A stretch of 64,000 bases of DNA from Octopus vulgaris (GCA_951406725.2 OX597814.1:16740001-16804000); one strand, 5' to 3'. Shown: positions 39,061 to 53,640, counted from the stretch's first letter. Made by a program: numbers and translations. Notes: generated from the sequence alone by a model not told the origin.

Positions 39061-39221
39061 TATTATAATTCCTTCGTGACACAGTGTAAGTAAAACTGCA
39101 CCAGCGTCTTTAGTCGGTTTTTGTCAAGTCACAACAAGGACCTCAGACAGATAATACTTTCCTTAAGATGTGCGCTGAGCCCTATGAGGCTGTTTGCAAT
39201 AATAATAATAATAATAATAAT

Positions 39222-39288
<67 letters not shown>

Positions 39289-39291
39289 GTA

Positions 39292-39330
<39 letters not shown>

Positions 39331-39382
39331 GTAATAATAATAATACTACTACTACTACTACTAATAATAATAATAATAGTAA

Positions 39383-39443
<61 letters not shown>

Positions 39444-40000
39444 GAGTGAGAGGGCAGTGCATGCCATCAAAGTGACACTGGGGTACAAATATACGAAGCC
39501 CAGTATACCCATCATGACTACCCGTCTGATAAGGGTACACCAGGCTCATGCATCACAACCATATGTGCACGATATGGTGATCTCATAACAAGATAAACAG
39601 CGAATTACTTTGCGGGTGGAGCCCAGTTAGAATTTTCTTCTGGTTGGGTAACACATCCCACTCAAAAGGTCCCTGATTAAGGGTTGTTTAAGGATGTTGA
39701 AAGAACCACCCATGTTTCCAGAGGTAAATTATTCAAACCCCAAAGAATCCCTCTCAACACATGGCAATGATGCTCCCCCACTACTTCTGCTCGTGATCAG
39801 AGATGCACATATCGTCAGCCACTAAGGGACATGCTCAACTGGTTACGGTCAAACAACTGACAAGCAAATCTGTGGTATTGAGCAGAATATTTGCTGTAGC
39901 CCATCTTTTATACCAAGACAAAACAATGTACATGATGACACTTCCAATCAGTTAAGATCAGAAGCCATGAGAGCCACTGCCTGGTACTGCATCAGGGCAT
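39444..40000. repeat. Complex ~550-bp insert between (TTA)n arrays, probably an interspersed retroposon
   Basis: Higher-GC block with sharp boundaries against (TTA)n on both sides and no clear ORF. Confidence 0.5.
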
Positions 40001-40001
40001 A

Positions 40002-40086
<85 letters not shown>

Positions 40087-40090
<4 letters not shown>

Positions 40091-40295
40091 TAGTTTTATT
40101 TTTATAGCGTGCTTTCACTTCACTACCGAGCGCAGCTCTGTGTGCCTTGGGTATGTGCTGTGATTTGTTGTGATGCTCTGATGGTTATTGTATGGAAAGT
40201 GCTCTGCGTAGGATGTGTGCAGTGCCTAGTAGTGCAATTTTCTGTATGATATATGTGTTTGTAAGTCCTGGTGTTTTTGTTATGTATTTGTCTGT
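40087..40295 (-). mobile_element. R4/Dong-type LINE 3' end in (TAA)n
   Basis: Minus strand encodes IQKIALLGTAHILRRAL followed by a 3' UTR and (TAA)n. Confidence 0.75.
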
Positions 40296-40296
40296 T

Positions 40297-40402
<106 letters not shown>

Positions 40403-40404
40403 TA

Positions 40405-40473
<69 letters not shown>

Positions 40474-40819
40474 AATAATAATCATGTTGTTGTTGTATGT
40501 TTGGCTTTTGTTTGTATTTGCACAAATCAACTCCAAGTCTCGCCCACAGACCTCAATAGACAAAAGTTATATGTTCAAGTTGGTATTATAACTAGGGTGC
40601 CATATTTTTGGTTTTTTACAGAGAAATGTTCTAAAGAGTGTCTATCAAAGCATAAGAAATTTAGGAGTTTGTTTAAAAAGTAATTTCATTGTAAGATAAT
40701 AGTGTGATCCTAAGATGACAGTAAAAGACATTTATTATTATGGACATTTAAAAGTATTTTCGGCAATGTTTACAGATTAAAATATTTTGGGAATTACATA
40801 GACAATAATTTTTGGTAAG

Positions 40820-41638
40820 ATGTGAGCAGTTCCCATGAGCACTATTTTTTGAATTTCTTCTTCTTTGGGATTTCCTGGCATCTGAGATGGGTAGTAATCA
40901 GCTCCTTTTGCTATCATTCCCAAGGCAACGATGACAACGAGTATTGTTTTTGCCTTGAGGTTCCACAGTTATTCAATTTCTATTTCAAGGTTTTGGTCAG
41001 TTTTATGTCGACTAGGACAGTCCCATCGATGAGGCTGCATGATTTTTGACTGAATTCCTTCAATATCATATTTGGCCTATATGTATCTACCTTTCTGTCA
41101 GTTTGAACAGTGAAGTTCCAAAGGATTGAGATGTGATCCTTTCAAAGCACTGGAGTTGGTTTGTGTTCCCATCAGCTTTTATCATGGGGAAGGTCTTGGT
41201 CTTTGCAAATTAAGCAATGAATATTCTTTTTTCAACCTCTTTGCTCACAGCATTCATATCATTTGGTTTGGATACATCAATGATCTGACAATATATAAGT
41301 CTCTCTTATGACAATATGACAATATTCGGCCAACGGTGTTCGATTATATGATCCGTCTGAAAACCATAGTCCCAGAGTATCGTTATTTTTCCATCCTCCT
41401 GCATAAATTTACTTGGTACATGCTCATAGCAGTTCTCTGTTACTTCATATTGGTATTTACGGTATAAGAGCCAATGAAGATACATACACACTTTATCGTG
41501 GCAGCATTTGTATTCTTTTTATGCAAGGTTCTCACATCCACTTACCAAGTAGGTCACATTTTCCACACTGTTTCCACAGAATCTGTATTTCTGGGTGTCA
41601 GAGTTTAATAGATATTATACTTGCGGATTTTTCTATCA

Positions 41639-41640
<2 letters not shown>
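40820..41640 (-). mobile_element. Decayed R4/Dong-type LINE fragment (restriction-like endonuclease region)
   Basis: KITILWDYGFQTDHIIEHRWPNIVIL resembles ILWDFxIQTD..I.HRRPDIV. Confidence 0.75.
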
Positions 41641-41697
<57 letters not shown>

Positions 41698-41701
41698 CAT
41701 T

Positions 41702-41748
<47 letters not shown>

Positions 41749-41756
41749 TATTAATA

Positions 41757-41792
<36 letters not shown>

Positions 41793-41793
41793 A

Positions 41794-41902
<109 letters not shown>

Positions 41903-41904
41903 TC

Positions 41905-42340
41905 CATGTGTCTTTACGTTTTAACTTCAAATTCAGCCGAAGTCAACTTTGCCTTTCCTCCTTTCGGGGTCGATGAAATAAGTACCATTTGTGTACCGGG
42001 GTCGATGTAATCGGCTAGACCCCTCCCCGAAAATTTCAGGCCTTGTGCTTGTAGTAGAAAGGATTATTATAATTATTACTTTCATTATTTATAACTTCTC
42101 TAGACTCAGTATTTTGACGTTCGAAGGCGGCGAGCTGGCAGAAACGTTAGCACGCCGGGCGAAATGCTTTGCAATTATTTCGTGTGTCTTTATGTTCTCA
42201 GTTCAAATTCCGCCAAGGTCGACTTTGCCTTTTATCCTTTAGGGGTCGATAAACTAAATGCCATTTGCGTACTAGCTCGATCTAATGGACTGGCCACCTC
42301 ACCAAAAAGTTCAGACCTTGGGCCTAGAGTAGAAAGGAAT
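41905..42340 (+). mobile_element. Two SINE family A copies
   Basis: Cores at ~41920 and ~42195. Confidence 0.82.
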
Positions 42341-42512
42341 AGTTTGACGTTCTCTCACAGTGAACAACGGATAGCTCAATTCCAGTGTGTGTTGTGATTT
42401 TGCTCCTTTCGCTTTGTTTCTATGGCATTGAGCATATTCTTCTCTGTGTATGTGAAGTGTCTAGTAATGGCATTTTCTGTATATATTATACATGTATGCA
42501 TGTTTGTATGCA

Positions 42513-42550
<38 letters not shown>

Positions 42551-42556
<6 letters not shown>

Positions 42557-43300
42557 TCTTAGGGATTACTTCCAACATTTGTACACATTTCTCTTTATCA
42601 TTCCCAAGGCGCCTATTATTCTGAGGATTATATCTCTTTTCAATACCCACATCCGAGATATCTCTATTCCCAGGTCTTCATAACAAGATCGGCTCTCCAT
42701 TTTTTCCCGAGATATATTGTTGTATGTTAGAACTGATACATCGATTAAAAGATATTTACATCGACAATACTGCTGGGAGTTATCTTTATCAACTTCTTCA
42801 TTGCCCATTCTTGTCGGGTATTGGCCATGTAAAAGGCCTTTCTTGCCAACGTCTTATCATCCATTTTTTAATCCTATTTTTAATTTAGTACTTTGATTTT
42901 TAATGCATTCTCTTATTGTTTCCAGCTCCACCGAAAATTCACTCCATTTTATTTTTGTTAGCCTTCTAAAAGCGAAAATATTTATCTTTAGTTTCTTTAT
43001 ATTTTGTCGCTAAAAACAATTTTCCCATATTTTCTTCTTGTTATTCCACGAAGTTAACGCTTATCAAAGATACTGGATCGAAAGCAATCCATGCACGACA
43101 AACACCACATTTTAGTAGTATGTAGGACTATATTATCCAAAGTGTTCCTCTCTGTCCATGACAGTAGGCATGTTTGGGAGGAAAGTTAATTGCTCATTTT
43201 AACTAATCAAGTGAGCCTCACATAGAGTATCTTACTAAATGCTTACTACAAGTTTAAGTATTTCTTCAATAGATATTTTCTGATACTTTGTGGCACGTAT
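42551..43300 (-). mobile_element. Decayed R4/Dong-type LINE fragment
   Basis: WQE..LHGQYP and LGIEISRMW.LK..II..IIGALGMIK remnants. Confidence 0.7.
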
Positions 43301-43879
43301 TCCTATTTTAGTGGTGGGGAGACATTAACAATGAAATTAGTTTCCTTTTTCCTGTCTAGTTTGCTAATTGCTTTAACTAACATTCTAGTGAAATTTACCG
43401 CCCTTCGCAGATCAAAAAAGGGGTCAAATAAGCAGACTCAAACATTCGTAATGGAAGCAGTGTCGAGGAAATATTTTCAGTGGCAAGGGTTATTGGAGTT
43501 TAGTAGATACAGGAAGGACAGAATGTTCGTTAAAATAAATAAAATAATACCGTTATTGTAGTTCATTATAATGATCTGTAATTTTAAATTTTGGGCATTA
43601 TAAACACTCACACCTGCTCAATATCAATATTCCGGGAGATCAGAAACTCGCCCGACCATTTTCATCTGGAGTGGATCACATCACAACGATAAGCAACAGA
43701 CAACATGAAGAGGTCTACAATGTACTCGATCGACAAAACAATCAAATCTCCCTCAGCCCATAGAGTTCTTACATCGTATAAAATAAAAAAAGACAAACAA
43801 ACAAAAACAAAGAAAAACATTGGACGATGTGAAGTATTACGTTTTGGTTTACAGTTTGACGTCAAAATTAGTTAAGAGA

Positions 43880-44210
43880 TTATGGTTTATGGTTAGGCTT
43901 AAGATTAAGATTTAGGCATAGTAGTATAAATAAATGTTTAAATGTTTAAAAAATAGGTTTTATGGTAATGGTTAGGCTTAATTTAAGGTTGAGGGTTAAG
44001 AGGTAGATAAGATTTTAGCGTGAGGGTTTAGGTTTAGGGTTTAGGGTTAGAGTTCAGTAAGTGCTTATGTATGACTGCTTAAGGTTTCTTGTTATGTATT
44101 CAGGGTTAGAGTGTAGAGCTAAGGTTTAAAGTTAAAGTTTTGGTCTAGGTTTAGGGTTAAGGATTATTGTTAGTGTAATGGATTCAGATTTAGCTTTAGC
44201 TTTGGAATTT
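43880..44210 (+). repeat. Degenerate TTAGGG-like tract
   Basis: Runs such as GGGTTTAGGTTTAGGGTTTAGGGTTAG and TTTAGGGTTAAGG. Confidence 0.6.
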
Positions 44211-45753
44211 AGTCGAAGTAGAAGCTGATTTCAACATGGAAATTCATAAAAGATTCCCAGAATTCGAAAATATAAATTTGGAACGGAGTTGGTTAAAATT
44301 TTGAAGTACTATTTTTATGGTGTTCAAATTGAAAGTTCCTTTGTGAAAAACGTATGTAAATATTTTAAATAGAAAGTGTGCGTCGTTTGGAGGGAGCTTT
44401 GTTGTTTATCTATCAGGTCGAGTGACCAGGCTGAGGTTTCCTAAACATTGAGTACTACTTCAGTAAATATCAAAGTACGCAGATATGAACAGATATATTT
44501 CAAAGCATCCGGATGACTGAATACGCATTTTCCGAAAGGTCCGGATTTAGGCTAGGGTATCATTCTGCAAGAACTGAAATTTAAACTATTTTTTATGGAA
44601 TCGTTGCCTCCGTATTCATCCAAGATGAATTCCAAGACATTTTTCGATAGAAAATATAAATTGAACAAATGTAGTGTTGGAAGTTTTGTGAAGCTATCTT
44701 GTGGAGGCTGTAATGGTGAATTTCCGTTGTCGAAAATAGGAATTCGAAGACTAAAAGAATGAAATGACAAGAGAAATTTTTTTGCCACCCTTTGCCACTT
44801 TTTCAAGTTTGTAATAATTTATATCTTCTGATTCTTTTTCAGACTCACTTCATCATCAATTTCCCCAGACGTCGGAATATTCTTAAATTCAATTGAGTAT
44901 TACGAAACATATATTTCGTAGGGGACAATATTTTCTAGCCTAATACGAAAATATTCTATACGTAACATATGGCTAATATCTCTATATATATGTATGTATA
45001 TATATATATATGTGTGAGTGTGTGTGTGTGTGTGTGTATATGTATATATATATATATACCTATATATATACACACAAACACACACATATATATATATACA
45101 TATATATAATATTAATTAGAGACAATATATATACATATATATATATATACTTATATACATACACACGTGTACAAGTGCACATACGTGCACATGTATTGTG
45201 ACACAGAAACTTAAATTTGCACGTGTCACTACGTGTTTTAGTACGTGTTTGATAAATTCCGATTTGCTTCCCTGTATATTTAGAAGAATGCTTACAAATG
45301 AAATTACGGTTGTATAACCCTGCAGTCATTGTATTAATGAAAATCACCACATGAAAGCAAAGATTCATTATATATTTTTTTTCCAGGCTTGCATAGGTCT
45401 GACTTGTATTTTATGTTACCAACTACTCACAAGCATACTTATGCACTGTATAAAATGAAACATAGAAACGCTTCCAGTAATACAAATTATAACATAACTG
45501 CTTAACGTGTACACACAATTATACATCTCATACACACATACCCCCTAGTTTGTATACATTGGTGTATGACTTGCTGTGTGTCTCTATGCATATATGCTCA
45601 GATTAATATATAAATACATGAACGTATGCATATATATATAAATATATATACACATACACAGACGCATACATGTATGTGTGTGTGTCTCTGTGTGTGCGTA
45701 TGTATATATATATATGTCTATGTATATATATATATATATACACATATATACAT

Positions 45754-45814
<61 letters not shown>

Positions 45815-46399
45815 AATGAATATTCGTATTCTTATAAAGTCTTATTATAACACGTTAGAGTGCATTTAAATACGAAAGGGCTTTACGCCACGGAAAAAAT
45901 GTCGGGAGAATATTGTTTGCAAGACATTTGTGGAAACAATTATAGGAGCTATGAATGACACTATCAAAACATAACTGCCTGTGTTTCTGTGTTCTTCAAC
46001 TATGAATAACTATTCTGTCATCCACCGTCCAAGAAGAACGAATTCATTCGTACCCAAACAGCATATGGTACGTTAGATGATATGCGTATAGTTTGGTCAA
46101 GCAACAGTTTGATAAATAATGTCGGAGAATTATATTCGAATATATTCGTTCCAAACTCATATTTAACATATTCGAGTGCATTCGAATGCGAGATCTTCCT
46201 CATTGGAAATGGTCTTTGGATGAAATTCTGCAATTGGATGTGTATCAAAACACATAATGGATTGTGGTGAATTTTCTCCAGTGTCTATTTCCACAGTGGA
46301 AATTCTTCTTCCGTCCGAATACACATCAACGTGTTAATTATATTTTACACAAATATATTCCATTGCACAATGCCTCATGCTATCATTAAATATATATAT

Positions 46400-46436
<37 letters not shown>

Positions 46437-46753
46437 AACGCACACACACACACACATACACACACACACACACACACACATACACATACACACATGTTCT
46501 CTCTCTCACTTCCTCCTCATCCACCTCACCCTCTTATACTGTCTTGTTCCTCCCCACTACTACGAAACTCTATAAAATGATCAAATTCCCCACAAAGGAA
46601 TTAATTTGATTTGAAAACCCCACTAGAATGGGAGAAAGCGCTAATAATCTGAATGATATGATCTGAATGATATGATATATATATGTAAAAAATGTAATAT
46701 ATAAATAAATATCTATAAATATGAACCATCCGATCTTCTGATTACCTCATTTC

Positions 46754-46799
<46 letters not shown>

Positions 46800-46801
<2 letters not shown>

Positions 46802-46981
46802 GATTGATCGCTAAATCCACAAGATTTTTACTCCCTGTGTTTATTATTTCATATTCCTTTCTGTTGAAGAGCGTAGGCTCGAAACGTAAGATACTTTCTC
46901 ACTTTCCCGAGCGTAAAACTAATACACCTGCTTGTTGTTCATACACCTGTCTTTGTCTTTTATTTTTCTGTAAATTTCAAT
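46800..46981 (+). mobile_element. Solo ~180-bp pseudo-LTR-like fragment in (TA)n with degenerate minimal hammerhead at 46857-46892
   Basis: CTTT-CTGTTGA-aGAGC gtag GCTC-GAAAC GT A-agat, bounded by (TA)n on both sides. Confidence 0.55.
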
Positions 46982-46994
46982 TATATATATATAT

Positions 46995-47442
46995 CTTGTT
47001 GCCTGTGAATTTATTCTCTTTAGGAATGTTATATCTCGAAGCACATCCAAAATTTACATACTATCATTTGTAGCCTTATGTGCTTCGAGATATACAATTC
47101 CAAAAAGAATTGTCCCCTACCCAATTCAAGATCACATCATACATGTACACTGCAACATAATTTCTTTTCCTCAACATGCCCTGCCCTATTTAACATTGTC
47201 CCGAGGAAAAGGATCCCATCAACTTTAAACGGAGTCTGGATAGATTCCTTCAAAGAATACCAGATAAGCCACCCATAATTGGATAAAACTCACCCAACAA
47301 GAACTCACTACTTGAACAAAACTTGACTTAAACAAAACTTGACCTAAACACGATTCGAATAATCCTATCTGGTGGTGCTATTAAGTTAGACATGGCCTGG
47401 ACCAATCTTCGGTCGAAACATATCTAAGTTTATCTAAGTTTA
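46995..47442 (+). mobile_element. CR1-group LINE 3' end
   Basis: PALFNIVP...FKRSLDRFLQRIPDKP...NSLLE, with a short tandem tail (ATCTAAGTTT)2. Confidence 0.65.
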
Positions 47443-47983
47443 TGTAGCGTCATGCAAACCCGCCAATCGAATGTCACGGATTCCTTATGTCTCTTCGACC
47501 ATGAAAAAGATGAAAGGCATAATTGACTTCAGCGAGATTTGATCTCATAGTACAGAGATTTAAAACAAATGGAGTGAGATTTTCTATCCGACTCACGAGC
47601 GATTCATCTCGTTCTAAATGGTCATGCGCACCTGTTTTTCGAGAGCAAGGTGTCAGCTAAAAACACGTGTTAATAAACATATACAGATAAATATGTGTGT
47701 GAGTGAGTGCGTGCATGTATGTATGTGTGTATATGTGCGTTTGTGTGCATGCATATACATATATGTATATATTCAGAGAGGATGCAGGAGAGAGGGAAAA
47801 TGAATGAGAGTGAAGTGAACGTAAAAAGAGTGAAATTTGCGCACATAAGGTTGCTTCTAATCATTATACATCATTCACCGCATGCGCTCTCTATCTCCTT
47901 GTCTATATACTGATCCAGTTCCATACGTATATGCATAGATGTATGCACGTATATATTACACACACACACATATACATACATGC

Positions 47984-48030
<47 letters not shown>

Positions 48031-48039
48031 CATACATAA

Positions 48040-48076
<37 letters not shown>

Positions 48077-48079
<3 letters not shown>

Positions 48080-48418
48080 GGCAAGTGTCTTCTGCTATAG
48101 CCCCGGGCCGACCAATGCCTTGTGAGTGGATTTGGTAGACGGAAAATGAAAAAGAAGCCTGTCGTATATATGTATATATATATATATGTGTATGTGTGTG
48201 TGTTTGTGTGTCTGTGTTTGTTCCCCTAGCATTGCTTGACAACCGATGCTGGTGTGTTTACGTCCCCGTCACTTAGCGGTTCGGCAAAAAAGAGACCGAT
48301 AGAATAAGTACTTGGCTTACAAAAAGAATGAGTCCCGGGGTCGAGTTGCTCGACCAAAAGGCGGTGCTCCAGCATGGCCGCAGTCAAAATGACTGAAACA
48401 AGTAAAAGAATAAAAGAA
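48077..48418 (+). mobile_element. SINE family B (5'-truncated)
   Basis: Match begins at TTGGGCAAGTGTCTTC. Confidence 0.88.
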
Positions 48419-48755
48419 TATATATATAAATATATAGCTTTAAATTTCTATCCCTCTGATATTCTTTCTCCGACTATTTATCTATTCGTCTTTCACTGTC
48501 AGACTTTTCCAAACAGCTCCACCCACAATCTTCGCGTCTACTGCTTTACGTCACAGCTTTACCGTTTCCTACGCTTCTCGCTGCCTCTTTGCTATTGCTA
48601 CCCGCCCGCCCCCCCACCACTTTATCTCTCACTCTTCATTGTCATTATTCTTATCCTCCTCCTCCTCCTCCTCCTCCTCCTGCTCCTTCTCCGCTTTCTT
48701 CCCATGATTACCGCTGCCATCATTGTCGTCGTCGTCGTCGTTGTCGACGTTGTCG

Positions 48756-48794
<39 letters not shown>

Positions 48795-48997
48795 ACAACA
48801 TCAACATCGACAACATCAACATCATCATCGTCGTCATCATCATATATACGATTTACCCCCTCCTCCTCGTACCGCAATGTTCTGTAGTTTTCTCTTTCTT
48901 ATTTTTTTCCGCCTTTCTCTCACCTTCTTCCTCTCTCTGCCTCTCTCTCTCTCTCCCTCTCTCTGACTTTCACTATCTCTTTCTATGTATCTATCTT

Positions 48998-49036
<39 letters not shown>

Positions 49037-49086
49037 CTATCTATCTATCTGTCTGCCTGTCTGTCTCTCCATTTCTCTCTTTCTCA

Positions 49087-49132
<46 letters not shown>

Positions 49133-49148
49133 GTTTTTCTGTCTCTCC

Positions 49149-49193
<45 letters not shown>

Positions 49194-49556
49194 TATATAT
49201 ACATATATATATGTGTGTATGTATGTATGTATGTATGTATAATTTCAGTCTCTCCGCTTCTCGGTTACCCCCTGCAATGTTGCTATCAGCAGCTTTCGTC
49301 ATCTTTCTATAAATCCAGATCACACACACGCAAACGCGCATTCTGTCTCTTTCTATCTCTGTCTCCTTTTCTCTCTCTCTCTCTCTCACCTTGTCTCGCC
49401 CTTTCTCACTCTCTCTCTCTCACTTTCTCATTCTCTTTCTCTTACACTCTCAAAGTCATAAACACGAACCCTCTCACATTAACATACACATACAGACACT
49501 CTAGTACATGTTCTCGCGCACACACGGGCGCGAATACACACATCCACACACGCACC

Positions 49557-50250
49557 ATAAACACACACCAATACGCGCACGCACTTATGCACACACACAC
49601 ACACACACACGCACATACACACACACCAATACGCGCACGCACTTATGCACACACACACACACACACACGCACGCACACACATAAACACACACCAATACGC
49701 GCACGCACTTATGCACACACACACACACGCACATACACACACACCAATACGCGCACGCACTTATGCACACACACACACACGCACATACACACACACCAAT
49801 ACGCGCACGCACTTATGCACACACACAGACACACACACACACACGCACATAAACACACACCAATACGCGCACGCACTTATGCACACACACACACACACAC
49901 GCACGCACACACATAAACACACACCAATACGCGCACGCACTTATGCACACACACACACACACACGCACGCACATACACACACACCAATACGCGCACGCAC
50001 TTATGCACACACACACACACGCACATACACACACACCAATACGCGCACGCACTTATGCACACACACACACACACACACACACGCACATAAACACACACCA
50101 ATACGCGCACGCACTTCTGCACACACACACACACACACACACACGCACATAAACACACACCAATACGCGCACGCACTTATGCACACACACTGACACACAC
50201 GCACACACGCACGCACATACACACACACCAATACGCGCACGCACTAATGT
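49557..50250. repeat. Minisatellite: 12 copies of CCAATACGCGCACGCACTTATGC separated by variable (AC)n-rich spacers
   Basis: Core counted at ~49568, 49626, 49692, 49745, 49796, 49860, 49924, 49984, 50036, 50098, 50160 and 50228. Confidence 0.92.
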
Positions 50251-50293
50251 ACACACACGCACACACACACACACATACACACACACGCACGCA

Positions 50294-50325
<32 letters not shown>

Positions 50326-50689
50326 TGTGCTCACACTATAACCCGCCCTTATTTCTGTCCGTCATCATTTCGCCTGCAGCTGCTTGTCTTTCTTATCACA
50401 CTGTCACTTCCGAACCGAGTGTTATTTCCTTTTCAAAGATACACACACACTCACACTCACACACATGCGCGCGCACACACGCACACGCACACACATGCAC
50501 AGTTTACGTCTGCCCCACTCCACACACACTCTCTCTCTCTCCCTCTCTCCCACTCCAATCTCTCTCTCTCTCTCAATCTCTCTCTCTCTCTCTTTCTGTA
50601 ATGCTTAACGCTTCTCCGTTTCTTACTTGCATTTAGCACATCATGGTATCTTTCTCACACTTATTGTCCCCATTTTTACTGTCCGTCCC

Positions 50690-50828
<139 letters not shown>

Positions 50829-51306
50829 ATGTATGTATGTATCTATCTATCTATATATATGTATAAAATGTCAGACTGCGTATATATACGCTGCCGTATA
50901 TCAAGGCACATGACCAAGGGGAGAGCCTATTGGGTTCCCGATAATATATTGCTCATTTCAATTCCTGGTCCGTGTGGCTTGTTGTGTCCCTGAGCAAGGA
51001 CACAGTACATTGCACCATCAGTTGTAAATGCATTCCAAGTGTGTGATCCTTGAGTCCATTCTCCCTGCAGGTGGCACATCCGCGATATTCCGGTCTGTGA
51101 AGAGTAGATGAGCCCAAGAGTGTTTCTCTGAATGCATCTAACTCCATGGGAACTAAAAAACAATTAGCGAAAGCATGGTTTCTGCTACCAAAGCATATTT
51201 GCGAGTGACGGCTACGGCATAGTATATTACCAGTGTATTCTGTGAAAGGAAGAAACTGTAAAACGTTTATCAAAATACCTTCACTATGTCGTTATGCTTC
51301 TTTATG

Positions 51307-51903
51307 TGGAGGCGCAATGGCCCAGTCGTTAGGGCAGCGGACTCGCGGTCGTTGGATCGCGGTTTCGATTCCCAGACCGAGCGTTGTTAGTCGGAAAATG
51401 ACTTTGCCACTTTTTTTTTTCGCACCTCTTACTATATACTGGAGAGAATTATAACTCATCCTTTCAGGATTGATAAAAGAAAATATCAGTCGAGTATTAA
51501 AGTCAGTTTACTAAGCACTGTGGAGGCGCAATGGCCCAGTGGTTAGGGCAGCGGACTCGCGGTCATAGGATCGCGGTTTCGATTCCCAGACCGGGCGTTG
51601 TGAGTGTTTATTGAGCGAAAACACCTAAAGCTCCACGACGCTCCGGCAGGGGATGGTGGTGATCCCTGCTGTACTCTTTCCACCACAACTTTCTCTCACT
51701 CTTACTTCCTGTTTCTGTTGTACCTGTATTTCAAAGGGCCGGCCTTGTCACTCTCTGTGTCACGCTGAATATCCCCGAGAACTGCGTTAAGGGTACACGT
51801 GTCTGTGGAGTGCTCAGCCACTTACACGTTAATTTCACGAGCAGGCTGTTCCGTTGATCGGATCAACCGGAACCCTCGTCGTCGTAACCGACGGAGTGCT
51901 TCC
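51307..51903 (+). mobile_element. Composite SINE family C: head, 135-bp captured flank, then full SINE
   Basis: 13-bp TSD ATGCTTCTTTATG surrounds the whole composite. 51386-51520 is the reverse complement of 9364-9498. Confidence 0.9.
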
Positions 51904-53326
51904 ATGCTTCTTTATGCTTTAAGTTCAACTCTAGCCTAAGTCGACTTTTCATCTGGTATCGATAACGATAAATTATCAATAATATATTGAGTACCAATTA
52001 TTAAAGGACTAGACTTGACTGCAAAAGAAAAACAAAAAGGAAGAAAACAGGAAAATTAAAAAATAGATGTGATGTATCAAACTAATTGCTTTTTCTAGAG
52101 AATTTTATTTTCAAAACTTCTGGGTATGTGCAATAGTCTTTCTTAGTATTTTTATATTTGTGTTCAGATTATGGTCTGAATTTCTGATTGAAGATATTTC
52201 ACTTCAGTTACTATTGTTTGGCGACAGCATGAACATCTTAGAAGCTCAAGTATTGCTTAATGTAAATTGTAGAGTTAACTGTAATCTACATATGAATAAT
52301 GTTGCATTTTCTTCACGATCTCTGAGAAACATGTGCAGCACCTCAGTTAATGAATGATATATTCTTTAACTCAGATCACTATTGCTCATCATATACTACC
52401 CCTAAGTTAATTCCATTCATTCATTTCAAGCGGCTTGGAATTGCCGACGCTTACTGAATATTTTTTGTGATGTAGATTCGTAAGGCTGGAATCCATTCCA
52501 CACTATGTTAAACAAATACCCTCCTTCGAGAAAGAAAGATTTGTCAGAATTTCTACCATCAATTTTATCTAAATTCGAAAGCAAGTTTCAAATGTTTTAA
52601 ACTAATATTTCATTATTGGTTATTTCTCCAAGAGTAAACTTTTGGCGAATCAAGACCACATCATTGGTTCCATAATTAATCAAAGCTACTTTTTGTCATG
52701 CACATCATTAAATATAGTGACCAGGAAAAATTGAATCTCTCAGATGATATACTGGAAACTACAGAATCTAAAATGTCGAAGTATCTTAATTTTTTCCCGC
52801 TAATTTCTTAACACAAGGGCAAAATTATATATTGTCGTTCAAACACATGCTTATAATTTCAAATTATTTTTGAAGCACATACGTATCCCATTCTATTAAA
52901 ATTATTATAGGCAGAACGTACTACACTCAACGGACTAAACAAAATGAACTTGATATATGTATGTCTGTATATATGAGGATAAATATATTCTAAACCTTTG
53001 CAGTTTTAAAACACACAGACGTGTGTGTGGTTGGTTGGTTGGTTGTTTTGTATATCTTTACGCAAAATATTTATATAAAGTGCGACGAGCTGGCCAATTT
53101 CATAGCCAAACCGGAAAGAATACTTTGCGGTATTTCGTCCGATTTTGTTTTTGAGTATAAATTTGCTTTTCATTCTTTCAGGATGAAAGAATTAGCAAAT
53201 GTGCACTGGGGTGCATTGCATATATACGCACATACACGCACACATGTCTGTCTGTCTGCCTCTCTCTCCGTATATGATGGATACATTTCCAACTTTAACA
53301 TATTTGTATAAATACTTATATATGCA

Positions 53327-53377
<51 letters not shown>

Positions 53378-53378
<1 letters not shown>

Positions 53379-53640
53379 GGCGTATGGCTTAGAGATTAGG
53401 GCATTCGGCTCACAATCGTAAGGTTGTGAGTTCAAATCCCTGCGACGCGTTTTGTCCTGAAGCAAGACACTTTTTTTCACGTTGCTCCAATCCACTCAGC
53501 TGGCAAAAATGAGTTGTATCGGTATTTCAAAACGGGCCAGCTTTGTCACATTGTGTCACACTGAAGCTCCCAGTGAACTGTGTTAAGAGTACGCGTGTCT
53601 GTGGAGTGCTCAGCCACTTGCACGTTAATTCCACGAGCAA
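53378..53640 (+). mobile_element. Older SINE sharing the family C 3' domain (similar copy ~10918-11200)
   Basis: Different tRNA-like head plus GGAGTGCTCAGCCACTTGCACGTTAATT domain. Confidence 0.7.

Noticed and set aside
44507-44547. ATCCG-GATGA...CGAAAGGTC-CGGAT hammerhead-like fold
   Set aside because: The core lacks C3/U4, stem II is poor, and it is single-copy in the window.
49557-50250. CRISPR-like repeat-spacer appearance
   Set aside because: Spacers are simple (AC)n variants rather than unique sequences, the context is eukaryotic, and there are no cas genes.
52170-52256. Minus-strand peptide AILELLRCSCCRQTIVTEVKY resembling a LITAF or GPCR-tail motif
   Set aside because: Bounded by stops within ~30 codons, with weak splice signals and no supporting exons.
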